The notes: a model not told the origin generated them from the letters alone. 64,000 nt of DNA from Pseudomonadales bacterium (GCA_036405915.1 DASWWP010000053.1:26343-90342); one strand, 5' to 3'; counted from the stretch's first letter, positions 10,367-20,271 are shown. Numbers and translations are program-made.

Positions 10367-10843
10367 ATGTCGAAAACTATGACCCTGCTCGCCACGCTGT
10401 TCGGCGGCTCACTCATGCTGCTGACTTCGCTGGCGCGCGCGGACGATGAACCCAACGCAAGTCCCGCAATCGACATCATTCCCCAGCAAACCTTGCTGAA
10501 CTATCTCGGCGGAAAGGAGAACTTCACGCTGATCGACGCCCGTTCCGCCGACGAATACGCCGCGGGCCACATCTGGGGCGCCGTACACGTCGCGCACGAT
10601 GCCGACCTTGCCGAGAGCGAACTACCGGACGATCCGGCCGCACCGATCGTCGTGTACTGCAAGTCCGGCATGCGCGCACAGCAACTACATGGACGCCTGA
10701 TCGAGGCTGGATACACCAACGTGCGCGTGCTCGGCCCGGCACAGATGCTGTGGGCCGATTCGCTGCCCGTCTTCAACTGCGGCGCGAGCGCGCCTGATGC
10801 CCCCGAACTCGCCACCGTAAATTCCGGAGGAACGCGTCAATGA
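10367..10843 (+). CDS. Periplasmic single-domain rhodanese (sulfurtransferase)
   Basis: GGAGG 8 nt upstream of ATG 10367. Signal peptide MSKTMTLLATLFGGSLMLLTSLARA. Active-site loop IVVYCKSGMRAQQ. Confidence 0.8.
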   Translation: MSKTMTLLATLFGGSLMLLTSLARADDEPNASPAIDIIPQQTLLNYLGGKENFTLIDARSADEYAAGHIWGAVHVAHDADLAESELPDDPAAPIVVYCKSGMRAQQLHGRLIEAGYTNVRVLGPAQMLWADSLPVFNCGASAPDAPELATVNSGGTRQ

Positions 10844-11958
10844 AACGCACTCTCACGCTGCTCGCCGTCGCGCTGTGCAGCACTGCGCTGTTCGCGCAAC
10901 CACCGCTCGGCCTGCCCGAGCTGAAAATTCCCGAAAACAATCCGCAGACGCCGGAGAAGATCGCGCTCGGCGAGAAGCTGTTCAAGGACACGCGCTTCAG
11001 CAGTACCGGCACCATCAGCTGCGCCAGCTGCCACGCGCCGGACAAGGCGTTCACCGATGAAACCGGCCCGCTGCTCGTGTCGCTCGGCATCAACGGCCTG
11101 ACTGGCACGCGCAACGCGCCGACCGTCGTCAATGCTGCCTACAACCGCACGCAGTTCTGGGATGGCCGCTCCCCCGACCTCGAAGACCAGGCCCAGCATC
11201 CGTTCCTGAATCCCGTCGAAATGGGCCTGGCGAACCACGACCCGATCATCGAAGTCGTGCGCAACGATCGCGACTACTCACGCGCCTTCGAGCAGGTGTT
11301 CGGCGTCAGTGGCGACGAAATCACGATGGAGCACGTCAAGATGGCGATCGCCTCGTTCGAACGCACGGCGATCGCCGGCAACAGTCCCTTTGACCGCTGG
11401 TACTTCGCCGGCGAGGACGACGCCATCAGTGAAGAAGCGAAGCGCGGCTTCGACGTGTTCCTGAAGCAGGGCCGCTGCGTATCCTGCCATGCGATGGAGC
11501 AGGATCATGCGCTGTTCACCGATCACAAGTTCCACAACATCGGTATCGGCATCAGCAACATCACGGACCGCGTGCCCGACCTCGCCGGCGCCTTCCTCGA
11601 AGCGAAAGCCGAAGGCGCCGACGTCGACGTCACTGTGCTGACCGACGCCGACACCTCGCACCTGGGTCGCTTCGCGGTAAGCGAGGAGTTCGGCGACATC
11701 GGCCAGTTCAAGACACCGACGCTGCGCAACGTCGCTGTCACGCCGCCCTACATGCACGACGGCAGCCTTGCGACACTGCGCGACGTGGTCGTGCACTACA
11801 ACAACGGCGGCGTCACGAATCCCGACGACCCGGTGACGCCGTACCTCAGCGGTGGCATACGGCCGCTGAACCTCACGGAGCAGCAGATCGACGACCTGGT
11901 CGCGTTCATGGAGTCGCTGACCAGCCCTGAATTTGCGACAGCAGGAGCCCTGCCATGA
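10840..11958 (+). CDS. Di-haem cytochrome c peroxidase (CCP/MauG family)
   Basis: Signal peptide. Two CxxCH (CASCH, CVSCH). FKTPTLRNV, PYMHDGS. ATGA start/stop overlap with the rhodanese gene. Confidence 0.9.
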   Translation: MKRTLTLLAVALCSTALFAQPPLGLPELKIPENNPQTPEKIALGEKLFKDTRFSSTGTISCASCHAPDKAFTDETGPLLVSLGINGLTGTRNAPTVVNAAYNRTQFWDGRSPDLEDQAQHPFLNPVEMGLANHDPIIEVVRNDRDYSRAFEQVFGVSGDEITMEHVKMAIASFERTAIAGNSPFDRWYFAGEDDAISEEAKRGFDVFLKQGRCVSCHAMEQDHALFTDHKFHNIGIGISNITDRVPDLAGAFLEAKAEGADVDVTVLTDADTSHLGRFAVSEEFGDIGQFKTPTLRNVAVTPPYMHDGSLATLRDVVVHYNNGGVTNPDDPVTPYLSGGIRPLNLTEQQIDDLVAFMESLTSPEFATAGALP

Positions 11959-13031
11959 ACAACATGAAAATGAATCGCCGCAACTTCATCAAGAAAACGA
12001 CGGCGGCGACGATCGCCGGCATCGTCCCGATGTCGCTGATCAAGATTGCCGGCGCGCAGGACAACCAGGACTTCACGTTCGCGTACATCTCCGATTCCCA
12101 TATCCAGCACATACGGGGCAACGAGTTCGTGCGGAACTGGGACCGAGGCCTGATCAACGCGGTAGCGGAAGCGAACCTGATGAACCCGCAGCCCGACTTC
12201 GTCGTGTTTGGCGGCGACCTCGCGCAGATGGGCACGAAGGCGGAACTCGACCACGGCATGGAATTCCTGTCGCAACTGAAAGCGCCGCTGCGTGGCGTGA
12301 TGGGCGAACACGACTTCTACCTCGACATGGGCGAATACTGGAGCGACGTGTTCAAGAGCGAGCACTACTACAGCTTCGACCACAAGGGCGTGCACTTCAT
12401 CGTGCTGAACTCCATCCTCACGTACGACGAGTGGAACAACAAGTGGGAAAGCGACGAACGCCGCATGGCCGAGATGGCGGGCCTCGACAATCCTAACGGC
12501 TCGCCGTTCATGATCGGCGACCGCCAGATGACCTGGCTCGCGGAGGATCTCGGCCGGCAGTCGAAGTCGACGCCGATCATCGTGCTGTCGCACTCGCCGC
12601 TGCAGCACATCTACAAGGGCTGGAACTTCTGGACGGAAGAAGCACCGCAGATCCAGGCACTGCTCGCGCCGTTCGAGAAGGTGAACGTAATCTACGGCCA
12701 CGTGCACCAGATCCAGTACAACCAGATCGGCAATATCGCGTTCAACAGCGTGATGGCGACTGCCTGGCCCTGGCCGTATCCCGATACCTACGCGAAATCG
12801 GGAAGCCATGTGCCGGTGATGACGGTGCCGATGAACAGGGCCGATCCCTTCAGCGAACGCGATGCAACCGGCTGGCAGCTCGTCAACGTGCACACGGGCC
12901 GCATCGACCTCGAGTACACGCTGTACGACAACACGAATCGCACGGTGGGCTGGAACGGCGCAACGGGACGTCCCGAAGACAAGCGCTTCCAGAACGAACG
13001 TGACCGCATTCCGCCGCAAAACCACTATTGA
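11955..13031 (+). CDS. Tat-exported metallophosphoesterase (calcineurin-like)
   Basis: Twin-arginine motif NRRNFIKKT. Motif series DSH / GGDL / GEHD / LNS / SHSP / GHVH. ATGA overlap with the peroxidase gene. Confidence 0.85.
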   Translation: MNNMKMNRRNFIKKTTAATIAGIVPMSLIKIAGAQDNQDFTFAYISDSHIQHIRGNEFVRNWDRGLINAVAEANLMNPQPDFVVFGGDLAQMGTKAELDHGMEFLSQLKAPLRGVMGEHDFYLDMGEYWSDVFKSEHYYSFDHKGVHFIVLNSILTYDEWNNKWESDERRMAEMAGLDNPNGSPFMIGDRQMTWLAEDLGRQSKSTPIIVLSHSPLQHIYKGWNFWTEEAPQIQALLAPFEKVNVIYGHVHQIQYNQIGNIAFNSVMATAWPWPYPDTYAKSGSHVPVMTVPMNRADPFSERDATGWQLVNVHTGRIDLEYTLYDNTNRTVGWNGATGRPEDKRFQNERDRIPPQNHY

Positions 13032-13041
13032 GGAGACGAAC

Positions 13042-13503
13042 ATGAGACAGGCGAAAGCACAAGCAAAGGCGGCAACGCTGCACCGCCCCTCCAATACGCT
13101 GTTGAAGGCCCTGCTGGTCGTGCTGATGCTCGGGGCGATCGTGCTCGTCGGGAGTGCGGCACGCGCCGACGAATTCCTGCCGGAAGACCTCGAACGCTGG
13201 CAGCAGCAGTTCGACGATGTCGCCACGCAGGGCCGCGCGCACTTCACCGACCCGGCACTCGGCAGCAACGGCGTCGTATGCGCGCAATGCCATCCGAACG
13301 CCGCGAACACGCATCCTGAGACCTATCCGAAATTCCAGAAGCAACTGGGCAAGGTCAGCATGCTGTGGGAAATGATCAACTGGTGCATCCGCAACCCGCT
13401 GCAGGGCGAAGAACTCGCTGCCGACGATCCGGCGATGATCGCGCTGCAGGCCTACATCGCGAAGGAGCGGGAAGGCGTCGAGCTGAGCCCGGGCAAGCAT
13501 TGA
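13042..13503 (+). CDS. Membrane-anchored or secreted mono-haem c-type cytochrome (SoxA/TsdA-like C-terminal motif)
   Basis: Part of ORF 12862..13503. GAGGAG then ATG 13042. Hydrophobic LLKALLVVLMLGAIVLVGSAARA. Single CAQCH. MINWCIRNPLQGEEL..DDPAMIALQAYI. Confidence 0.75.
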   Translation: MRQAKAQAKAATLHRPSNTLLKALLVVLMLGAIVLVGSAARADEFLPEDLERWQQQFDDVATQGRAHFTDPALGSNGVVCAQCHPNAANTHPETYPKFQKQLGKVSMLWEMINWCIRNPLQGEELAADDPAMIALQAYIAKEREGVELSPGKH

Positions 13504-13557
13504 GAACCCAAACCAGCGCCGTCATAGCGGCGGCGCGTAGCGCATGACCCTTCCTCT

Positions 13558-13596
13558 GCGCGGGCAGTACTGTGCCCGGTCTGTCCGCGCTTTTTT
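13558..13596 (+). terminator. Rho-independent terminator-like hairpin plus T6 after the cytochrome c gene
   Basis: GCGCGG...CCGCGC outer stem (with inner CGGGCA/TGCCCG alternative) immediately followed by TTTTTT. Confidence 0.55.
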
Positions 13597-13727
13597 AGCC
13601 ATTCCCTCGCCCGTCTTTTATCTCGTTATTTCCGGTCGAGTCGTCAGCTGCGCCGCGGTCGCAGAAGTCCAATTGAAACGGACACCCCTGCCCTGTATCT
13701 TCGCGGCAGCCTCTGGGAACCGCATTG

Positions 13728-14396
13728 ATGATTCTCGAAATTAGCAAGCTCTGTAAGACCTTCCAGTCGACCGCCCACCACGCCCCCGTCGAAGTCCTCA
13801 AGGACCTGAACCTCCGGATGGAGGCCGGCGAAACGCTGGCCATACTCGGGCAGTCCGGCAGCGGCAAGTCGACGCTGCTGACCCTGCTGGCGGGCCTCGA
13901 CAGCCCCACGTCCGGCTCCATCGTGCTTAACGGGCAGGACATGCAGAAGCTCAGCGAGGAACAGCTGTCGAAGTTCCGCGCGCAGAACATCGGCATCATC
14001 TTCCAGCAGTTTCACCTGATGTCGCACCTGACGGCGCTCGAAAACGTGTCGCTGCCGCTCGACCTGTTCAAGGACAGGGATGCCGAACGCAAGGCAAACG
14101 AAGCGCTCGAACAGGTGGGCCTCGGCAAACGCAAGGACCATTTCCCATTCCAGATGAGCGGCGGCGAGTGCCAGCGCGTGGCGATCGCGCGCGCAATGGT
14201 CGTGCGCCCTGCGATCCTGCTGGCCGACGAACCCACCGGTAACCTCGACAACGCAACCGGCGCGTACGTCTCCGACATGATTTTCGACCTCGTGAAGGAA
14301 CACAGGATGACCTTGCTGTTCGTCACGCACAACGAACAGCTCGCGAAGCGCTGCGGACGCGAACAGCGGCTGCAGAATGGACGATTCCTCGAATGA
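13728..14396 (+). CDS. ABC transporter ATP-binding protein (YbbA/LolD-like)
   Basis: Walker A GQSGSGKST, signature MSGGECQR, Walker B ILLADEPTGNLD. Confidence 0.9.
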   Translation: MILEISKLCKTFQSTAHHAPVEVLKDLNLRMEAGETLAILGQSGSGKSTLLTLLAGLDSPTSGSIVLNGQDMQKLSEEQLSKFRAQNIGIIFQQFHLMSHLTALENVSLPLDLFKDRDAERKANEALEQVGLGKRKDHFPFQMSGGECQRVAIARAMVVRPAILLADEPTGNLDNATGAYVSDMIFDLVKEHRMTLLFVTHNEQLAKRCGREQRLQNGRFLE

Positions 14397-14428
14397 CAAC
14401 GAGACGTTTTCACGTCTGGTAAAACGAC

Positions 14429-16978
14429 ATGCTCTGGCTCCGCCTCGCCTGGAAGGAAATCACGAACAACGGCAAGTTCAGCCTGTTCTTCGTGCTCAAC
14501 CTCAGCATCGGCCTGATCGGCTTCATCGCGCTCGACTCGTTCAAGCAGTCGATCGACCTGCACCTGCAGAACAATTCCAAGTCGATCCTGACGGCCGACG
14601 TGCAGATCTCGTCGAGCTTTCCGCTGACGGAGGTCGAAACGAATTTTGCGGAAGAGATCCTCGCAAGCGACTTCGAAGCCACCGACCAGACGGCCTTCAT
14701 GTCGATGGTCGCCGCGAACGGCAACACGCGACAGGCGATACTCGTCGGCATTGAAAACGGCTATCCGCAATACGGCGACATCATCCTGCAGGAGCGCGGG
14801 TCCGTCGTCGCCGGCAACGCACGCGAGGAACTGTTCAGCGGCGACAACGTGTGGGTCGCGCGCGACCTGATGGTGATCCTCAACCTCGAGATCGGCGATA
14901 GCCTGCGCATCGGCTCGAAGGACTTCACGGTGCAGGATGTCATCCTCGAAGACCCGACGAGCACGATCTCGGCGATGGTCACGTTCCCGCCGATCTACAT
15001 GGGCCTGCCGCAGCTCGAGTCGACGGGGCTCATCCAGCTCGGCAGCCGCATCACGTATTCACGCTTCTACAAATTGCCGGCAGGCTACGACGTCACTACG
15101 CTCGAAGACGTGTTCCGCGCACGCGAACTCGAGACCTTTCGCGACACGCGCCGCCTGTCGATGACGACGCACGAGGAAGAAAGCGAAGACCTCGCGCGCA
15201 TTTTGGGCCTCATGAACGATTACCTAGGCCTCATTGCGCTGATCGCGCTGTTCCTTGCCGGCGTCGGCGCTGCTTACCTGTTCCGCAGCTTCTTCACGAG
15301 CCGCTTCCGCGACATGGCCATCCTGATGTGCCTCGGCGGCACGCCGAAGCAGGCCTACCAGATGACGCTCGTGCAGATCGTATTGCTCGGCACGATCAGC
15401 GCGCTGATTGCCAGTTCGATTGCCTGGTTCCTCGTGCCGCTGCTGCCGATGCTGTTCGAAAACTTCCTGCCGCGCGGCTTCCGCAACGACATGGACCTGA
15501 ACTCGCTAGTGCTGGCGCTGTTCATGGGCACGATCGGCAGCATCATCTGTTGCCTGCCAATCCTGTCGAAGATCTACGACCTGAAACCGCTCGGCCTGTT
15601 CCACGAAACCGTGAACCCGACGATCGCGACGAAGCACTGGGGCCGCCACGCCGCCAGCTACGCGCCGATCCTGCTCGTGTTCTGGGGCCTCGCGATCTGG
15701 CAGTCGCAATCGCTGTTCTTCGGCACGGTATTCATCGCCGGCTTCCTCGCCGCGATTTCCATCATGGGCGCGATCGCCTGGTTCGTGCTGCGCCTGTGCG
15801 GACTGAATGCGAACTCGAAAGTCGTCACGCGCAAGCTCGCGCTGCGCAATCTCGACCGCAATCGCCTCGGCGCGCTGTCGTGCTTCCTCGCGATCGGCCT
15901 CGGCTCGCTGCTGATCAACCTGATCCCGCAGATACAGAAAGGTTTGCAGGAGGAAATATCGCAGCCGGTCGGCGTGTCGATGCCGGACTTCTTCATGTTC
16001 GACGTGCAGCCGGAGCAGCTCGAGGGCCTCGAAGCCCTGCTCGCCGAACGCGGCTACGGCCTCACGTTCCTGTCGCCGATGATCCGCGCGCGGCTCGAAG
16101 CGGTGAACGACCTCGTGATCGACGAAACGGAAGAAACACCCGACGAACAGCTGCTACAGCGCCGCCAGTACAACCTGACTTACCAGCTCGCATTGAAGGA
16201 CTCGGAGGAGCTCGTCGACGGCACGGTATGGACCGAAGCCTGGGACCCCGCATCGGGTGAAACGCCCGGCATTTCGCTCGAAGCGGGCTTTGCCGACCGC
16301 ATGGGCTTCGGGATCGGCGACCGGCTGCTGTTCGACGTGCAGAGCGTTCCGGTCGAGGGCGTCGTAGTGAACACGCGCACGGTGGACTGGAACAGCTTCC
16401 AGCCGAACTTCTTCATTTCGTTCCAGCCTGGCGTGCTCGACCCGGCGCCGAAGACCTTCGTCGCGGCGATCAGCAATGTCGCGGAGGAAGACCGCATTGC
16501 CGTGCAAAACGCGATCGTGCTTGCCTTCCCGAACATCTCGATCATCAACGTGACGCAGATCATCGCGCGCGTTCTCGACATCACCGAGCAGATTTCATGG
16601 GCGATCAAGGTGATGGCCTGGCTGTCGATCCTCGCGGGCCTCGTCGTACTGTTCTCGATCGCGCGCTACGAGGTGAAGTCGCGCTTCTGGGAGATCAACC
16701 TGCTGAAGATCCTCGGCGCGAATTTCCGCGACGTGAAGTCGATGGTCGAGATCGAATTCGGCATCCTCGGCTTTGCAGCGGCATTGACGGGCGTCGTGCT
16801 GAGCCTCGCGATGTCGTGGAGCATTTCGTGGTTCGTGTTCGACAACCTGTGGAGTTTCTCGGCGGGCATTACGGGTTTCAGCTTGCTGGCGATCACGGGC
16901 ATGAGCGTCTTGACGGCCCTGATGGCGACGATGTCGGTGTTGCGGCAGAAGCCTCTGGAGTTGTTGAGGGCTGCCTGA
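14429..16978 (+). CDS. FtsX-family ABC transporter permease (YbbP-like, duplicated FtsX domain)
   Basis: 849 aa. Two 4-TM FtsX-type blocks separated by large soluble regions. Follows the ATPase gene. Confidence 0.85.
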   Translation: MLWLRLAWKEITNNGKFSLFFVLNLSIGLIGFIALDSFKQSIDLHLQNNSKSILTADVQISSSFPLTEVETNFAEEILASDFEATDQTAFMSMVAANGNTRQAILVGIENGYPQYGDIILQERGSVVAGNAREELFSGDNVWVARDLMVILNLEIGDSLRIGSKDFTVQDVILEDPTSTISAMVTFPPIYMGLPQLESTGLIQLGSRITYSRFYKLPAGYDVTTLEDVFRARELETFRDTRRLSMTTHEEESEDLARILGLMNDYLGLIALIALFLAGVGAAYLFRSFFTSRFRDMAILMCLGGTPKQAYQMTLVQIVLLGTISALIASSIAWFLVPLLPMLFENFLPRGFRNDMDLNSLVLALFMGTIGSIICCLPILSKIYDLKPLGLFHETVNPTIATKHWGRHAASYAPILLVFWGLAIWQSQSLFFGTVFIAGFLAAISIMGAIAWFVLRLCGLNANSKVVTRKLALRNLDRNRLGALSCFLAIGLGSLLINLIPQIQKGLQEEISQPVGVSMPDFFMFDVQPEQLEGLEALLAERGYGLTFLSPMIRARLEAVNDLVIDETEETPDEQLLQRRQYNLTYQLALKDSEELVDGTVWTEAWDPASGETPGISLEAGFADRMGFGIGDRLLFDVQSVPVEGVVVNTRTVDWNSFQPNFFISFQPGVLDPAPKTFVAAISNVAEEDRIAVQNAIVLAFPNISIINVTQIIARVLDITEQISWAIKVMAWLSILAGLVVLFSIARYEVKSRFWEINLLKILGANFRDVKSMVEIEFGILGFAAALTGVVLSLAMSWSISWFVFDNLWSFSAGITGFSLLAITGMSVLTALMATMSVLRQKPLELLRAA

Positions 16979-17275
16979 AAGCCTCTCGTATTGTCGATGT
17001 GCGTCTATCTATAAGCCCGGGCATCGGAGAATGGTCCCGAACCGGTCATACTTCGCCGGGAGAAAGCGCACATCCATGTACTGCCGCTCGGGCCATCCCT
17101 GGCCCTCAGCGTCCCTGCAAGGCATTACCAGTCCGGAACTTTCAAGCATCGGAGAAATATTCCGGTGGATGTAGATGCATACTGACATTGAGAGCACATA
17201 ACGCTCTCCCCTACCCCCTTGCACGACATCAAAACCAGCGCGACGATCCGCCGCGGGAACAACAAGGAGTTATGG

Positions 17276-18424
17276 ATGCGCCTGAAGGGCAGGTTGAATC
17301 GCTGGGAGAAGCACGGCCTGATCAGCGCGGAGCAGCACAGCGCGATCCTGGACTACGAACGCCGCCATGGCTTCGGCTGGCAGGCGGGGCTGGCCTTCCT
17401 CGGCGTGTTCGCGATCGTGATGGGTGTTCTCGCGGTCGTCGCCGCGAACTGGCAGCTCGTGCCGGCCTGGGTAAAGCTCGGGGCGCACCTGCTGCTTAAC
17501 CTCGCGCTCGCTGCCGGCGTCCTGCGCGCGTGGCGCAACCCCGTGATTTCGCAACTGTGCCTGCTGGCGTGGTACGGGCTGACGCTGACCTTCATCGGCC
17601 TGATGGGCCAGGTCTTTCATCTTGCGGGTTCTACTGCCGGTGCACTCGTACTTTGGACGCTGCTGGCGTCACCCGCCGTACTGGCGTTTGCCAGGAGATC
17701 CATCGTGCTGTATCCGTGGACACTAGGCACGCTGATGACGCTGGTCGCCTCGTACGATGCTTTCGTGAGGCCGGTACTCGGCACCGACCTGTTGCTGCCC
17801 TGGCTCATGCTCGGCGCGATGTTGCCGGCGGTGCTGGCGATGATTGCCGCGCGCCTTCGCGACGTGCGATGGCATGCACTGAATAAACAGCTGTTGTGGC
17901 TCGCCGGTCTCCTGCCGGTCGTGACGGCCGCGATAGCCTGCCAGTTCTGGTACTCCGATTCGCTGCGCGCCGCGGCATTCACGGCATATGACGTGACCGC
18001 CACCGTTGCCGTCGCCGCGCTGGCTGTCGCACTCGCACTCAACAGCCGCCTCGCCGTGCCCGACTGGCTCGAAACGGCGGCGAACTTCCGGCTGCTGCTG
18101 CTCGTAAGCTGCGCGCTGATCACGCTGCCCTTCCTGTTCCCGCGCATCGAAGCCGACTGGCTCGCCGCCCTTGGCTTCGTCGCGCTATGGATGCTGCTCG
18201 GCTGGATTGGGCATCACACGCAGAGTCCTCGCCTCGTGTCACTCGCGATCTTCGCGATCGCGCTGCGACTCTTCATCGTTTACCTTGAAGTGTTCGGCAA
18301 CCTGCTGCTGACAGGCTTCGGGCTGATTTTCAGCGGGGTCGTGTTGCTGGCGCTACTGCATGTCGCGCGCCGCCTTAGCCGTAGCGCAACGCGTGCCGTG
18401 GCATCGGCCGAGGGAGGGCGGTGA
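17276..18424 (+). CDS. Polytopic membrane protein, DUF2157-type
   Basis: ORF 17219..18424. AAGGAG upstream of ATG 17276. N-terminal LNRWEKHGLISAEQHSAILDYERR followed by about ten hydrophobic segments. Family name from recollection only. Confidence 0.65.
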   Translation: MRLKGRLNRWEKHGLISAEQHSAILDYERRHGFGWQAGLAFLGVFAIVMGVLAVVAANWQLVPAWVKLGAHLLLNLALAAGVLRAWRNPVISQLCLLAWYGLTLTFIGLMGQVFHLAGSTAGALVLWTLLASPAVLAFARRSIVLYPWTLGTLMTLVASYDAFVRPVLGTDLLLPWLMLGAMLPAVLAMIAARLRDVRWHALNKQLLWLAGLLPVVTAAIACQFWYSDSLRAAAFTAYDVTATVAVAALAVALALNSRLAVPDWLETAANFRLLLLVSCALITLPFLFPRIEADWLAALGFVALWMLLGWIGHHTQSPRLVSLAIFAIALRLFIVYLEVFGNLLLTGFGLIFSGVVLLALLHVARRLSRSATRAVASAEGGR

Positions 18425-18957
18425 TGAACGCGCCGATGAAATACATAGTGCTGTTCGCCCCGATCCTCGCACTTGCCGGCCTCAGCCTGCTGCACGAATA
18501 CCGCCGCAGCACCGGCACCGTGTGGACCGTGCCGATCGCCGGCTACGATCCACGTGACATGCTGCGCGGCCACTACCTGCAATACCAGTACGAGTGGAAC
18601 CTCGACGATGCGGCCGCCGCCTGCAGCGGCCCGGACTGCGCGCTTTGCACCGATGCACCGGAGCGCTTCGATCCGCCGGTTCGGCTCGTGCCGCGTTCGG
18701 ACGCTGCGGAGGCATGCGCGAGTTTCATCGCGGTCGCGTTCGACCCAAGCAACGGCATCATGATCGCCGGTGCGCGCGACCGCCTCACGCGCTACTACGT
18801 CCCGGAATCCGAAGCGCTGCGCCTGCAAACGCTGCTGATACAAAGCGCGGACGCTCCCGAGTTCTCCATCGGCCTGCGCGTGACGGATTCCGGCACCGCC
18901 TATATCGAGGCGCTGTATGTCGATGGCACGCCGCTCGAGGAATGGCTGCGACGTTAG
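18424..18957 (+). CDS. GDYXXLXY-domain protein
   Basis: N-terminal TM, PIAGYDPRDMLRGHYLQYQYEW matches the GDYxxLxY-type motif. Start overlaps the preceding stop (GTGATGA). Confidence 0.7.
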   Translation: MNAPMKYIVLFAPILALAGLSLLHEYRRSTGTVWTVPIAGYDPRDMLRGHYLQYQYEWNLDDAAAACSGPDCALCTDAPERFDPPVRLVPRSDAAEACASFIAVAFDPSNGIMIAGARDRLTRYYVPESEALRLQTLLIQSADAPEFSIGLRVTDSGTAYIEALYVDGTPLEEWLRR

Positions 18958-19051
18958 GGCGGGACTACACCTCACCTGCACCCATGCCTGAGAGGGCCCG
19001 GACCCAGCTCGTATCTTCGTACGGGTGCGTTCGACAGGTACAATCGCCGCG

Positions 19052-20107
19052 ATGACCCAAGACAAATACACGATGTTCCGCAACCGCCTGCAGAAGGTGT
19101 TTGCGCACCGCCGCAAGGTAGCGAAGAAGCAGGGCGTCAGCTGTTACCGGCTGTACGACCTCGACCTCCCCGAATTCCCGCTCGCGATCGATCTCTACGA
19201 GGATCGCGTGCACGTGTCCGAATACCGGCGCAATCACACACTGAGCGAAGCCGAGCACGCGGGCTGGCTCGACGAAAGCACGACCGTGATCGCCGACGTG
19301 CTGCAACTGCCGCGCGAACACATCCACGTGAAGGAACGCGCCGTGATTGCCGATCGCAAGGAGCAGTACGGGCACTTCGCCAGTACCGGCGCGCGGCATG
19401 TCGTGCACGAAAACGGCTTGAAGTTCTACGTGAACCTCAGCGATTACCTCGATACCGGCCTGTTCCTCGACCATCGCCCGATGCGCGCCTTCGTGCGCGA
19501 GATCAGCCGCGGCAAGGATGTGCTTAACCTCTTCGCCTACACCGGCTCGTTCTCCGTGTATGCCGCCCATGGCGGCGCGCGCTCGGTGCACACGGTGGAC
19601 CTGTCGAATACCTACCTCGACTGGGCGCGCGACAACTTCACGCTGAACGGACTCGACACGAGGGCTCCCGCGTGGCGCTTCACGGCAGCCGACGTGATGG
19701 CCTTGCTGCCCACGCTGCCATCGGCCAGCTACGACCTGATCGTCTGCGACCCGCCGACCTTCAGCAACAGCAAACGCATGCGCGGCGTGTTCGACGTGCA
19801 GCGCGACCATCCGGCGCTGATCAACCAGTGCCTGCGACTGCTGCGGCCGACACGCCCGCGGCCAGGCGAGCCCGCGAGCGCGGAGCGCCTCGGGCCCGGC
19901 GAGCTTGCGAGCCAGGAAAGCCGGCTGCTGTTCAGCACGAACCAACGCCGCTTCAGGCTGTACGACGAACACATCGAGACGGACCGCATCCGCGACCTGA
20001 CGAAGCAGAGTACCGGCTTCGACTTCGACGGCAAGTTGAACCGCCTCTGCTACGAGTTTCGCTCATGCGAAACAGCGCACATTTCCGTGTCTCCGTGGCG
20101 GCGCTAA
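19052..20107 (+). CDS. Stand-alone RlmK-like (RlmL C-terminal half) class I SAM-dependent rRNA methyltransferase
   Basis: YRLYDLDLPEFPLAIDLYEDRVHVSEY, NLSDYLDTGLFLDHRPMR, LNLFAYTGSFSV, CDPPTFSNSKRM, DVQRDH. Collinear with my recollection of the E. coli RlmL C-terminal half. Confidence 0.85.
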   Translation: MTQDKYTMFRNRLQKVFAHRRKVAKKQGVSCYRLYDLDLPEFPLAIDLYEDRVHVSEYRRNHTLSEAEHAGWLDESTTVIADVLQLPREHIHVKERAVIADRKEQYGHFASTGARHVVHENGLKFYVNLSDYLDTGLFLDHRPMRAFVREISRGKDVLNLFAYTGSFSVYAAHGGARSVHTVDLSNTYLDWARDNFTLNGLDTRAPAWRFTAADVMALLPTLPSASYDLIVCDPPTFSNSKRMRGVFDVQRDHPALINQCLRLLRPTRPRPGEPASAERLGPGELASQESRLLFSTNQRRFRLYDEHIETDRIRDLTKQSTGFDFDGKLNRLCYEFRSCETAHISVSPWRR

Positions 20108-20271
20108 CTTTCGGATTTAGCGAGTTTTTCCGCATTCGTTAACGCGGGCATATTTCCACTGTTTGAATGTGGGGGTTTGCCCGATACCTTGCATCTCCCC
20201 CCCTCCGTAACCTCACGCCCACATCAGAACCGGGACATTCCGTCGCGGGCGTATATTCGGGGATGCTTCAA

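Noticed and set aside
17009-17224. 71-aa minus-strand ORF in the lower-GC 297-bp gap upstream of the DUF2157-type gene
   Set aside because: Composition and codon usage look non-coding and no start context or motif was recognised. A degraded remnant, such as a toxin or integrase fragment, cannot be supported.
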